This document shows positions 35,955-48,854 of a DNA stretch of 64,000 bases, piece by piece. The DNA comes from Mayamaea pseudoterrestris (lineage: Eukaryota). Location: positions 682,001-746,000 of the forward strand of contig BROI01000006.1 in assembly GCA_027923505.1 (NCBI GenBank). Direction: 5' to 3'. Position 1 is the first letter of the stretch, and each line of letters begins with the position of its first letter. Made by a program: the position numbers and the translations under genes. The notes below the pieces were generated by a model, which was not told the DNA's origin, made no database searches, and was given only the letters and a program-made list of their open reading frames with translations.

Positions 35955-36283
35955 TGACACAATATTATTGAGTTGAGTTGACCTGCGTCTTATGACAAGA
36001 CGGTTAGCTACCTGTGTTTTGTATGCATTTAATCCTGTGCAGGGTTGAGTCACACTTGTGACCGAATCCTCACATACATGAGTGAAATCGCTGACGATCG
36101 AGGCGTGAACCTCGACCGTGAACCCAGTGAGAACGAGAAAGAAGCGCACGAGTAGAGTAGCGAGTAACATGCACTATTCTAGCAATTGAGTTTGTTTGTT
36201 TGCTTTACGCTGGACGAAGAGGTTGATCGCTCCTAGTCCATTGTAGTCGCTGGAATAAAGGTTCGTCTGATATTATCGTGTCA
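35955..36283 (+). repeat. 3' LTR (329 bp)
   Basis: Copy of 30526-30854, preceded by the polypurine tract and followed by TSD CGTCA. Confidence 0.95.
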
Positions 36284-37345
36284 CGTCACCTAGCGCAGGA
36301 CCTACAGTAGTCTCCTTCCCAGTGCAGCATCAAGCCTGCCATCCTTTGTGGCTCCAAGTCTGTCTTCAGCACTCACTTCAGCAGCATGCCACCAAGTGTG
36401 CCATCAAGTGACCCAAGTGCCAAGACCAGTGTGTCACCTGGCATAGGACCTACAGTAGTCTCCTTCCCAGTGCAGCATCAAGCCTGCCATCCTTTGTGGC
36501 TCCAAGTCTGTCTTCAGCACTCACTTCAGCAGCATGCCACCAAGTGTGCCATCAAGTGACCCAAGTACCAAGCCCAGTGTGTCACCTGGCATAGGACCTA
36601 CAGTAGTCTCCTTCCCAGTGCAGCATCAAGCCTGCGATCCTTTGTGGCTCCAAGTCTGTCTTCAGCACTCACTTCAGCAGCATGCCACCAAGTGTGCCAT
36701 CAAGTGACCCAAGTGCCAAGCCCAGTGTGTCACCTGGCATAGGATCTACAATAGTCTCCTTCACAGTGCGGCATCTAGCCTGCCATCCTTTGTGGCTCCA
36801 AGTCTGTCCCCAGCACTCACTTCAGCAGCTTGCCATTAAGTGTGCCATCAAGTGACCCAAGTGCCAAGCCCAGTGTGTCACCTGGCATAGGACCTACAGT
36901 AGTATCCAACCGCTCTTACACCATCACTCAGACAGCCAAATACAGCCTGAAATTGGTTGGATGGCAACCACACAAAGACAATTAGAAAGCAGTTTGAAGT
37001 GCAGCATGCCTCCATGTGTGCCATCAGTGACCCAAGTGTCAAGCCCAGTGTGTCACCTGGCATAGGACCTACAGTAGTCTCCTTCCCAGTGCAGCATCAA
37101 GCCTGCCATCCTTTGTGGCTCCAAGTCTGTCTTCAGCACTCACTTCAGCAGCATGCCACCAAGTGTGCCATCAAGTGACCCAAGTACCAAGCCCAGTGTG
37201 TCACCTGGCATAGGACCTACAGTAGTCTCCTTCCCAGTGCAGCATCAAGCCTGCGATCCTTTGTGGCTCCAAGTCTGTCTTCAGCACTCACTTCAGCAGC
37301 ATGCCACCAAGTGTGCCATCAAGTGACCAAGCCCCAAGCCCAGTC
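36284..37345 (+). repeat. Decayed Pro/Ser-rich tandem array, right part (148-bp units)
   Basis: Resumes in register after the TSD (CGTCACCTAGCGCAGG); GACCTACAGTAG-type motif recurs near 36299, 36447, 36595 and 36743. Confidence 0.92.
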
Positions 37346-39293
37346 TGTTTTGTATGCTCCACACCAACAAGACAGACAAGTTACGAGTTTGTTTACCATA
37401 TTTTGACGAGTTCTATTGCCCGATCGCGCCTTCCCGGCCCCCCGCCCCCGGAGAAGGGGGGGTCAGTGCCACGGACCGTAAGGTCCCCTTGTTTGTTTGG
37501 ACTTGGGCAAATTTTAGCAAGTCGACGAGGGATGATGCACGATGCACCTGTTTGAGCCCATCTTTTATAACCTACATTTGGTCTTTATCCTTGATTTAAA
37601 GCACTAGATCTATTAATTAAGTGAAGCGGCATCTATTAGTGTAATCAGTTTTGTCATACGAGGCAAATTGGTCCCGCTGCTGTTCCATCTTTGGTTGAGT
37701 TGCATCTGGCCCTTCCTCATCGCAGTTGCAGCCGCTCTTTAAAGTGCTTTTCTCATTAATCCTATAGTACACACTTCCAAATCGCTTCTATACTTCAAGA
37801 GGGATAGAAATCACTAAAAAATTGACTTGAATCCTTTAATTAGCGCTCTAGCACGTCGCAATGTCGCAGTAAAAGGATGCAACGAGATCAATATCATCTG
37901 TGGGAATGAACGTTGAGCCTTGATTAATAGATGCCTGTGCGCTGTATAAAAACGATGACTTATATGTGAGTGGTAAGCTGGTTAAGCATTAAGGGATGTA
38001 ATGGCAGTCAACAATCAACGAGGCGGTCGACGTCGTGAATTGCCTCAGCTCAGCCTCGGCCAACTATTGGTGAGATATTGACAGAACCAACTAGTTACGC
38101 ACCATTTTGCGGCCACAGTCAAAGAATGCTTACTTATGCTGTTATACTATCCATAGCCATCCAGAATTGTTACAGTTGTAAAGGTTTGTTTCCCATCGTC
38201 CAACGATGCAACTGCGGCAGTTTTGTGGCAACGATCAATCCGACAGTCGGTCCTTCAACGGGAGGTGTGTATTAATTTAACCAGCACGAATATACATATA
38301 CAAGATTCGAACTGGCCGGCGTACCCGAACTATGATGACGTTTTGCTGACGTCAAAAGTTTGACGCCTATGCAGTTTCGAAACTCCAACATCAACTGCAA
38401 GTTGCTCCGGAATGGCCCCATGAGAAATTGCTTCTGTCTGATCGGTACATACCGGTACTACTTAAGCTTTGTTTTCGTTGCGGGAATTGCCTTGTCCATG
38501 GGGCAGCGTTGTACTTTTAGAAAGCTATGCATCGTCTGGGAGACTGACTAAATGTGCGTCCCATAGACTACCGGTAAGAGACTGACTATAGATATGCTGG
38601 ACGAGATTAGTTGTTTCTTGATGGCTGTAAGTCTATACCCAACTGCTCCACTCTGGAGCTATGGGAGCGACGAACTACCGATAGTGATTTGGCTGCTTGT
38701 GTTCATAGCTTTGCATGCACAAGTTGAATACCCTGCTTCAAGCTTATTCCCATGTCCTTTCCTTGCTTTTAGGTTGTTGCACAAGCTATCGTGACTGCCA
38801 AAGCTTCTCATCCTCACCTACGCCTCCTGCCTATATGTACTTGTACGAGTACCGGCCTCCGCATGCAAGTAAGCTGTACCGATACCATTGATTTCTCGAG
38901 CGTCGACGCGCGTTTCGACAGCTGTGTAGCCAATTCATGCGCATTTACCTAAAGGGCATTGCTAACAGCCGAGCTGATCAATTATGCAAGCCGTTTGAAG
39001 AATAACAGGCGACAGCAGCAGCCATAATTGCGTTAATTGGACAGCAACCCCAATTCCTATATGGTTTTCATTGTGGATAGCTAATCGTCGCCGCTCGCTA
39101 AACGTTCACCGTTGAGACCCTCTACTTAGGCGTTGGCGTGTGCACTCCTTTATGTATCTAATCGGCGACGGTATCTTTGCTAAGTACTTAGCCGTTGACG
39201 GCACATTGCATGGAAGGAGTTGCGCAATTCCTTCCATTTTCTCGCAAACCTTGATCGTTTCTTTCTAAGCGTTCTGCAAAACCAGTCACCACC

Positions 39294-40636
39294 ATGAAGT
39301 TCTTCGCGCTTACCCTCTTATCGCTTATAGTTGGCAGTGCCTCTGCCTCTGTCGAGTCCATGCTGCGAGTGGACCGTGACATCCCAGTCGACTCCAAGTT
39401 TGGCCGAGCGCTCCTCGAAAAAGCGACGGTTGTTGAACATGCTCGTTCGCTCAACAATAACAATAACAATCAGCAAGGCGCGTTTATGTACAAGTACTCA
39501 ATCAAGTATCTGGGATGCTCCAGTATTGTTCAAATAAACGGCGAGGAAGGCGGAAATAACAATAACAAGAACGGAGGCGGCAGCATGCTTTACACCAAGC
39601 ACCTTGTTCGATTCGCGCTTTGCCCTAGCGACTCATGCTCAAGCTGTCCCAATGGAGGGCAATACGTTGTCAACATGCAGGAGTTTGTCGATGCGTACAC
39701 GGAAGCTAAATTGACTGCCAAGGAAGCAGCCTGCGAGACTGTCCGAGAGAACTGCTACTGCAATGGCCAGTACAATGACGACAATGCCTGTGAGGCGCAG
39801 TGTTACGCAGATGCTGGCTTGGACGACTGCGTGGAAGTTGAAGGACAGGAAGCTTTTGAGGCACAACGCTACTTGGAATGTGCAGGTACGTCTGTTTGAC
39901 GTCAAACTTTGCGTTATCGATTGTCAACCTTTGCTCACATCTTTGTCCCTATCATGTGCTTGTTTCATCAGAAATGGAGAACCAGAACAACAACAACAAT
40001 AACAACAACAATAATAACAACAACTATCAATACGGCGACGTCAACGGATTCTACGGACAATACTACATCGGACCCTACTGCTCCAACAAGGATGGAAAGT
40101 CCATCTTCCTCGGTGTGTTTTACGACCAAGGCTGCGTCAACAAGGCCGACGCAACCGTTTACGCCAACAAGAACTATGGAGTGGAGCTTCCGTACTCAAA
40201 GGAATCCATGGTGACTGTCAATGACTGCATTGCATGCTTGGTGCCGCAAGATGACGACAACAACCAGAACAACAACAACAATAATAACAACAACAACAAT
40301 AATAACAATAACAACAACAATTACGAGATCACGGAGCTCTGCCAACAATCCTACGAGAGCGCCGCCAAGTGCGAGAAGAATATGGATATCAACTACCCTG
40401 ACAGCACTGGTTGCAGCTACATTACCAGCATTCTGCCCCGCCTCGAGGCTGCTACGAGACAGATCAACTCGGCAAGTGGAGTTTCCGGCGGTGGCCGAGG
40501 AGGCACGGCCAGTATAGTCTTTAGTTGGGTCTTTGCGGCAACTACTGTCATGTTTGGAGCATACGCTTACTTTTTATATCGCAAGATCAAGCGAGGGACT
40601 GTCAACCTTTCTGCGCAGGAGGGATTATCTGCTTAA
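39294..40636 (+). CDS. Silicanin-1/SiMat7-like silicalemma membrane protein; intron 39886-39971
   Basis: Signal peptide, RXL site (RSL), N/Q-rich tracts and conserved Cys motifs (YSIKYLGC, VRFALCP..C..C, YYIGPYC, VFYDQGC, CIAC, LCQQSYESAAKCE), then one C-terminal TM helix and a short basic tail. Confidence 0.88.
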
Positions 40637-40999
40637 ATCTCGCCAGACTCCTACGTTGGCTGTCATTTGCGTCATCTTCGTGTAAACATATATGCATCAT
40701 CCTACACAGTTATTAGTTTTATTAACGCCACTATACCTTACGTAAAGTCTGTTGAAGCACTTACCTAATCTTAATGTAGGGCCGAAGACACTGGCAACGG
40801 AACTTCTAATGTAATTTCCGCAAGTCAGGATGTATTTATGATGCGTACATCCACTGTGCCAGAGGACAACATAATATACACCGGCCCATAGGAGTCCAAC
40901 AAGGCATAAAACATAGACACTTCGTATATAATGCTGCTACGCTAGACTTAATCAGATTCTACTCATGCTAGCCCTGCACGTCGCTGTTGCCGCTAAAAA

Positions 41000-43385
41000 T
41001 TACTTCTTCACCTGCGTCTTCATGGCATCCTTGACGAAATCAAACTTGTGATCATCCGTCTTGGCCGGCCGTGCAAACGCATTGTTACTAGTACCCGGAC
41101 TCATCATGCTCAAGTTGGGCGCTGACATCATACCCGTCGGTGAGGTCACATTGCCGGCAAACGGCATGGGGCGACCACCCTGCTGCTGCATCGCGTATGC
41201 CATTTGCATCTGCATGCGTTGCTGCATGAGCATTTGCTGGTATGCCATGGCTTGCATTTGCTCCTGCGATTGCATCATGGGCAAGGTCTTGGCCGTGGCA
41301 CTTGGCGACAACGTAGGAGGCCCTGTTAGCGGATCAAAGTTCGGCTTGGCTCCGTGCTGCACATCATCCTTGGAACCGTTGTTGTTAATAAAACCAAAGG
41401 CCGATCCCGATGCCGTAGTCATGGTGTTAAAGTCACCGGCATCTTCACTGTCCGATTTCTTGTCCTCGCCTCCGTTCCCATCCTTCAAAGACATGTTTTG
41501 AAATAGCTGGCCGGTCGACTGCGTCTCCTTTATTCCCATGTCTCGGAATATATCATTCGCTTGGCCGGCAGCTGTCGCAGGCGCAGCTGGAGCATCATTG
41601 GCAAAATCCAGCAGGGACGGTTCCGGACTAGCGGCAGCGACACCGACAGCAGCGGCGGGTGCAGTCGGAGCTGAAGCAGCAGCGCCTACATCACTCTTGG
41701 ACTTTATCTGCATGCCTCCAAACATATCTTGGCTTGCTGGTGGAGCCGGAAGTGCACTAACTGGAGCTGGCGCCGGTTCATCGTCAAAGTCCAAAAGATT
41801 GACCACTGGCGCCGGAGCCGCCGCTTCCGGTACTTGAAATCCAGCAGTAGCTCCACCCATGAGCGCCACGACACGCTTGGCTGGATCCTTGATTTGTACG
41901 CGCGCATGCGCCGTCAGTGGAACAATCTCACTCTGGCAAGCGTGAAAAAAGTTGCGGTAGGGGTTATTATGTTCGCCGCCACCACCACCATCCAATCGCA
42001 GGCACGTTTCCATGACGCACAAGGCCTTGGCGCGAACAATCCATGGCTGACCCTCCTCCAAACAATCCAACAAGACGGGGCACACCAAATCCGGGTTGAG
42101 CGATGGAAGCATTTTGGAAAAGGCCGCCAACTTGTCTGGCGGCGGAACCGCCTTTAACCCTCCGGGTGGGCAAAGCTCCAGAATCAAATTCTTCTCGTAC
42201 GTGCCATCCGTCGCTGGCGCCGAGTGATAAGGAGATTGATGATTAGTCGCCGCATGCGCTCCATGCTGAGCACCACCACCATTGGATGAAACTGTGAGAC
42301 TGGGCGCCGAATGACCCGCCGCGCCCCAGGATCCACCCACGCCGCCATGCCCGCCACCCAATTTTGCTGGTTGCGTCTGCGGATAGTAGTGATCCTGCTC
42401 CCGCTCGGTGCGCTGCACGGCATTCGGACCTCTGTTGGAGGCCATGGTCCATTGTCCCCCCGTTTGCTGCGCGAGCTGCGCCGCTCCTGGAGGTGGCTGG
42501 AAGCGATTGTTTCCGCCGCCGTTTGGTGCGTACTGCGACAAACAATGCAATGCGTCAGCCAAATGAAAATCATCAAGAAAAGCCACTCCACCCGATTCTA
42601 CTTACACCTCCATTACTCGCGCCATGCAAACCTCCATACAATTCTCCCACGCGCCCATTTCCACCATAGGTACCACTTCCACCGTAATTGACATTATATT
42701 TATTCGCATTCACCATGCCCGGCAAGTTTCCATGTCTGCCAACATGATGGTTCCGCGCCAATGGATCCTTGATCATGCCCAGAATCACGTCGCCGGCCTC
42801 TCGTGCCACTTCGGTAATGGTCGTAGGAACCTGCGGCTCCAAGCGCGGATCCTTGTAGCGCGGGTTTCCAATTCCCTCCATGCGGGTCGAAGCGGCGTTA
42901 CTGTTATTGCCATATGCGCCGCCGCCACTATAGTTACTATGACCTCCATACGCCGGCGAGTGTCCATGATACATGGTCGCCCCATTACTACTATTATTTG
43001 ACACTTGGATTGGATCCGCCCGATACACGGCATCCAGTGCCGCCTGCGCCGATTGCCGCACCTTGGCGTGGAGGGCGTCGCCGCAGACGGGATCCGGTTG
43101 CCCCTGATGTCGAACCGCATCCTTTAACGCCTGCACATGCTGCGGTCGCTGCGCCAAGGCGCGCTTGAAAGCAATGCTTGCGTCGCATAGTTTCGCTATA
43201 ACAGTCAGTGACTTGGTCTTGGTGTGAACGTTGTGGGTGTTTTGCAAGCGATTCACCAAGTAGTCGACCATTTCCGAGGCTGCCGTGGGACTGGATTGCG
43301 CTGCCTGCGACAAGTCATTATATAGATAGCCGGGCGTTGGAGCGGAGGTTCCTTCCGTGGCGCGGGCTAACAACTGGCGGTTCAT
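41000..43385 (-). CDS. Tepsin-like AP-4 accessory protein (ENTH + VHS/ENTH-like); intron 42533-42605
   Basis: LARAT..PTPGYLY..YLVNRL..KTKSL ENTH domain; second domain YEKNLILELCPPGGLK..WIVRAKALCV; LLDF motifs. A phase-0 intron joins the two ORFs. Confidence 0.82.
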
Positions 43386-43866
43386 GATGATGCTTCTCGT
43401 TGGTGCTGCTGCTGCTGTCAAGAAATTCGGTTTACAACTGTTTTGCCAAGACGACGAGACTGATTTTACGCTACGTTTGCGATACGCTTTAAGAAATACG
43501 TAGTACAATAGATTCAGTCGCAAAGAGAAACAAGGGGTCTTTTGCTGGCTGCTTGGGTTTGCTTTTGAAATCGTTGTGCCTCGTTCGCCAACGACCAAGC
43601 TGGCGATTGACGTCTGTCCGTCCGTCAGATTTAGTCGCAGATAATATCGTAGCGGCACTCACATCCGTTCATCATTGGTTCTTGGCGCGCCATGGATGTT
43701 GCCGCAGCGTTCATTCGCATTGCTTCGGACGGTCAGCGTTGGATCATTCGTTATAGTATACATTTGCATTGCATATATACTACAATACTATCCTGCATTG
43801 CATCTTGTACTTCAGTCTAAAGAATCCTCTGCAAGAGACAGCAGCATTAGCAATTCGAAAAACACC

Positions 43867-44545
43867 ATGAGCTCCAAGGCCTCCAAAACGGCCGCCTTGC
43901 GCAAGCTGCAAATGGATCGCTGCAAGTCCAAATCGGCGGCGCTCGACGACTACGAGGATGATGTCGATGACGACGTTTACACCACCATGACGGAGCAAGA
44001 GTACGAGCAAGTGGTGCAAGCCCGGCGTCAGCGAGACGATTTCGTTGTGGATGACGATGGACTTGGATACGTGGATGACGGAGAGGAGCATGTGTTTGAT
44101 AATCAAGACGACGAAGCAGCTGCAGCAGCAGGTGGAAGCAAGAAGCAAAAGACGTCTTCCGCTGCACTGACGGCGCATGCCCTGCAGCAGGCGCGCAAGC
44201 AGAGAGCCGCGGCAGTTACCAGTGGAAACAACGACGAAGCGTCCGCCAAGAATCGAAGCATGTGGGATTTTGTCAACAAGGCGCCGAGCATTGCGACTGC
44301 GAGTAGTAGTAATGATGCAGCAGCTGCTATTGGACTTTCTAGTAATGCAGCTTCCAGTAACAAAAACAAGCGATCATTGGATGCATTATTGAGTGAACTT
44401 GACCAGGACGATGCTACCGATGCAACGTTTGCTTCGAATCGTCGTCGCAGTCACCTTGGCTCCAGAGGAGGTCGCCACGCGAAACGACCAGCGCCCAAAT
44501 CCAGTCGCAGCAGTGCGAGTCGTTCCACCGTTTCTCCGAGTCGTC

Positions 44546-44577
<32 letters not shown>

Positions 44578-47500
44578 GTGGACGACGAAGATGCCAATTT
44601 TGCTCCAAACAATAATCACGATTATCATGATGATGATGATGACAATGTGAATCCATTCGGAGACGATGACGATCAAATGCAAGTAGATTCCACCAAGGAA
44701 GCGCCGACTAGCACGACAAAGTCGGTTCGATTTGCTGACAGCGACGACACGGAAACGTTGCCAGCGAAGAGTGAGAGTGCCAAGGATATGACGAACCAAG
44801 ACGTCGAGGAACCAGCCGCCAAGGCTCCTCGCCGCTTGCTCGCCCGCCCAAAGTTGACCCTTTCCGAACCAGCTCGTCTTGCTTTGGAGCGGAAGCAGCA
44901 GGCGGAAGCAAGCAAGAGTGAATTGGAGTCTACCATTGGCTCCGCATCATCCCACGCGAGCAACATGTTGCACCAAAGTGTGACGCTGCCAACGGAATTG
45001 AGCATGTCGTCGTCCTCATCCGTTTCATCGTCAAGCCATTCTAGCCAAGTCGATTTTGAAAAGCTCTTGACCAAGACGACTACAACTGCACCTTCTGATG
45101 CTGGTGACGAAACGACGGAGGAGTCGCAATACATTGACTTTTTCTGGATGGACCTTGCCGAGCGCAAGAATGGGGACATTTTGCTGTTTGGCAAGGTGCC
45201 GCTCACGCCCAACGCGAGCAAGTACGTGAGCGCCTGTGCACTCGTCACTGGCAACGTTCGCAATTTGTTTGCACTGCCGCGCAATCCAGAGACAATGTTG
45301 AATGTACATCAGGAAATCAATACCTTGCTGCACAGTTCCATCTTGTTGCCACGCAAACCGGGAGTTTCGTGGGCGGGCAAGCCAGTCGTGCGTAACTATG
45401 CGTTTGAAGATACAGACATTCCGCGTGAGCCAACAAAGTACTTGAAAATTGTCTACGACGCAAAATATCCAGTTCCGTCCGAGGAAGTTTGTCAGAATGG
45501 TGGCGAGCACTTTTCAAAGATTCTCAATGCTGGTGCCAGCGTGCGAGAAACGTTTATTTTGAAGCGCAAGTTGATGGGTCCGTGCTGGTTGCGCATCACC
45601 AATCCAAGAGCTTCGCAGGCTCCATTGTCGTGGTGCCAGGCGGAGCTTCACGTTGACTCGCCCAAGCAGATTGTTCGACTTGATCTTGTCAAGCAGAATG
45701 AAGGCAGTTCGGGAGGACCGCCTCGTCCTCCGCCACCCGTCGTGACAATGTCGCTCAAGCTGCACACCATGGTGCACCCAAAGACGCACCAGTCGGAGAT
45801 TGTTGCTGTGGCGGCTGTTTGTCACAAGCATGTTTTGCTTGACTCGTCCACGTCCGACCCAAGTCCGCGCGATGTTGCGCACTTGACGTTGATTCGTCCG
45901 CTGCCAATGGTGGCGGTTAACGATGAAACGACAGCGCCTGGGCACATGGTTTCGTCCAAGCCGTCATTGGGGGTGGCACAGTTTCCTCGCGACTTGGATC
46001 GCGAAATTCAAACCAACATGCCGCATCTTAAGCGCGAGACGAATGAGCGTGCATTGATCAGTCGATTGTTGGTGCAAATTGGTCAGTGGGATCCCGATGT
46101 TATTGTCGCCCACAACGCTTGGGGCTTTGAGATGGAGGTATTACTGAACCGTTGTATTGAGCATAAGCTCAAGAGTGTTTGGTCGAAAGTTGGCCGTCGG
46201 CGATGCTCAGATCTGCCGAACAAGTCGCACTTTGCGAGTCGCCGGGACATTGTCATTATGGAAGCCATGGCAGGACGCCTGTTATGCGACACTTATTTGA
46301 GCGCGCAGGAAAATTTGCGTGAAACAACGTACTCGCTTACAAGTCTGGCGGCGACGCAGCTCAAGTTTAGTCGGCAGGATATTGAACCGGCCGATACTCC
46401 GCAGTGGTTTGAGTCAAGCAAAGCTATTGTGCAATTGGCAGCCCGAACTTTGGTGGACGCTCAGCTTGTGCAGCGCTTAGTGTTCAAGCTACAAACGTTG
46501 CCTCTGAGTAAGCAACTGACTTGCGTTGCTGGAAACATTTGGTCGCATACTCTCAAGTCAAATCGCGCCGAGCGTACCGAATACTTGCTCCTGCACGAGT
46601 TTCATCGACTCAAATTCTTGGCGCCTGAAAAGCGACGCGGTGGCAAAAAGGCACTGGAGTCGAACAAGGCCAAGTACAGTGGTGGTTTGGTACTGGAGCC
46701 AAAGAAGGGCTTGTATGATTCATACATTCTCCTTCTCGACTTCAACAGTCTTTATCCTTCCATCATTCAAGAGTACAACTTGTGCTTCACCACCATTGAC
46801 TGGTCCAAGTTTACTGGCAGCATCGTGGAAGAAGGTGAACAAGCTGGGAAGGGAGAGCTTCCGCCTTTGCCTGACAGCGACGAGGAGCGTGGCGTCTTGC
46901 CAAGAGTCATCAAGAGTCTCGTGGACCGCCGACGAGCCGTCAAGCGCTTCATGAAGGAAGAAAAAGACCCCGACAAGAAGGAGGAGCTTAACATTCGTCA
47001 GACGGCTTTGAAGTTGACAGCGAATTCCATGTATGGCTGTCTCGGTTTCTCCAACTCCCGATTTTACGCACAGCCGATTGCCGCGTTGGTCACAGCCATG
47101 GGTCGAGAAACATTGCAGCGTACAGTGGATATTGCGCAGCATACCGTTGGTTTGGATGTCATTTACGGAGATACCGACAGTATCATGATCAACACTCGTC
47201 TCACTGGCGATGGCGACTTGAAGCAGGTGAAGAAACTAGGCGAGCAAGTGAAGCAAGAAGTCAACAAGCTTTACAACACTTTGGAACTTGAAATAGATGG
47301 TGTGTTTCGGCCAATGCTATTGCTCAAGAAGAAGAAATATGCGGCTAATACAGTCGAGGAGCTTCCGAACGGAGAGATCAAGTATGGACAGGAGCTCAAG
47401 GGTCTCGATCTCGTTCGTCGCGACTGGTGCGTGCAGTCCAGAGACACAGGTCGATATGTAACCGAGCAGATCTTGTCTGGTCAAGACAGCGAGGTTGTCT

Positions 47501-48633
47501 TTCAGAACATCTTCACGCACTTGGAGGAAATTGCCGCCAAGATGCGATCCGGAGAACTAGCGATTGAAAAGTATGTCATTACTAAGGGTCTTAGCAAGCA
47601 CCCGAACGAGTACCCCGATGCCAAGGCCCAGCCGCACGTTCAAGTCGCCAAGATGATGCTCGCCAACAACCGAGCGGTTAACAAGGGAGACCATATTCCT
47701 TATATTATCACTGCACCTTTGCAGCAGGAGGGAGACGATGTTAACGCCAAGGCTCTTCCTGCCGCCGAGCGCGCTCGTCATCCCGAAGAGGTTGCCCGCA
47801 GCGACGGTGCGCTCAAGCCCGACGTAGAGTGGTATCTGACCCAGCAGATTCTTCCTCCCATTTCGCGTCTGTGTGAGCCGATTGAAGCGTGCTCGCTTGA
47901 CATTCTCGCTGATAAGCTTGGGCTAGATGGAAAGCGTTATAATCAGCAGAACGGGCAGCGATGCACAATTGATGACGACGAGCTTATTAACTATGTTCCT
48001 GCATCGTTTCTTCCCGACAAGGAGCGCTTCAAAGATGTAACCAAGCTCGAAATCTATTGCGGAGCTTGCAATGAAAAGAATTGCATTTCCGGTGTATTTG
48101 ATCTTATCCGAGATGCTTCTACTGGAGTCGAAACTGTAGTGTCTGGTCTCTGTTGCGTCAACCCTGACTGCCCCCGTCCCTTGCTGTGGGGTCATGCGAC
48201 GCATCTTGACTTGTTTGCACGCATCCAGAATGCTTTGACAGTCTGGGTTCGTGGATTGACGATTCGCTACTATCAGGGCGTCATGCAATGCAGTGAGCCA
48301 GGCTGTAGCTTGGTGACGCGCCAAATGTCGGTGGCTGGCGGAGGGTGCCTTCGTCGTGGATGCACGGGCCGCCTCAATGCCGTGCAGTCGGAGCGTGAAA
48401 TCCATACCCATCTCAAGTATTTGGAATCGCTCTTTGACGTGAACCATGCATGCGATCAGTTGGAAGATGCCAAAAAGTTTGGCCGCAAAGTGGATTTACT
48501 CAAAACGATCCCCAGTCAAGACAAGGTTTTGTTTGATGAGCTTCATTCAGTCGCCAAGGATGCTCTTGGTAGTTGTGCGTTCAACTGGATTTCTCCATCT
48601 TTCTGGGGTGGTTGCTTCCAAGCCAAGCAGTAG
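43867..48633 (+). CDS. POLA1: DNA polymerase alpha catalytic subunit
   Basis: DDFVVDDDGLGYVDDG N-terminal motif, YSGGLVLEPKKG, LDFNSLYPSIIQEYN, KLTANSMYGCLG, YGDTDS, KGLDLVRRDWC and C-terminal Cys clusters. Confidence 0.97.
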
Positions 48634-48854
48634 GTTCACTATGTTGTGAATCGCTTTGGTGAGCATATAGCTATGGCTGTTTATCTTCAAATAACTTAAC
48701 ATTTACGCCAGCAGCTTCTATATTTAACGCGTATCCTGAAGTATGTAGAGATATCGTCCAGGATTTTGCCTGCAGATGCGAAGGCAGACTTTACCTACTG
48801 CAAGTAAGCAACTTTCTCAACAGTACAGTACAAAGTACAATAGCATTACTTTAC

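Larger units (their letters stand above)
30526..36283 (+). mobile_element. Ty1/Copia LTR retrotransposon (CoDi-like), defective
   Basis: Two 329-bp TG..CA LTRs, 5-bp TSD CGTCA (30521-30525 and 36284-36288), polypurine tract AAGGGGGA before the 3' LTR, and IN-RT-RNaseH domain order. Confidence 0.97.

Noticed and set aside
37395..37500. Hammerhead ribozyme
   Set aside because: TGACGAG is present but lacks the leading C, and no suitably placed GAAA core or stems were found.
26026..39718. Giant target-site duplication or LTR pair flanking the island
   Set aside because: The copies are diverged with a synonymous bias, so they predate the insertion; ~870 bp of unrelated DNA separates the island from copy 2, and they lack LTR features.
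43675..43866. N-terminal extensions in the ORF track (POLA1; likewise RIO2, MoeZ, Cpn20, DAP3)
   Set aside because: They arise from upstream in-frame starts that are mostly non-ATG; the conserved or presequence-bearing N-termini begin at downstream ATGs.
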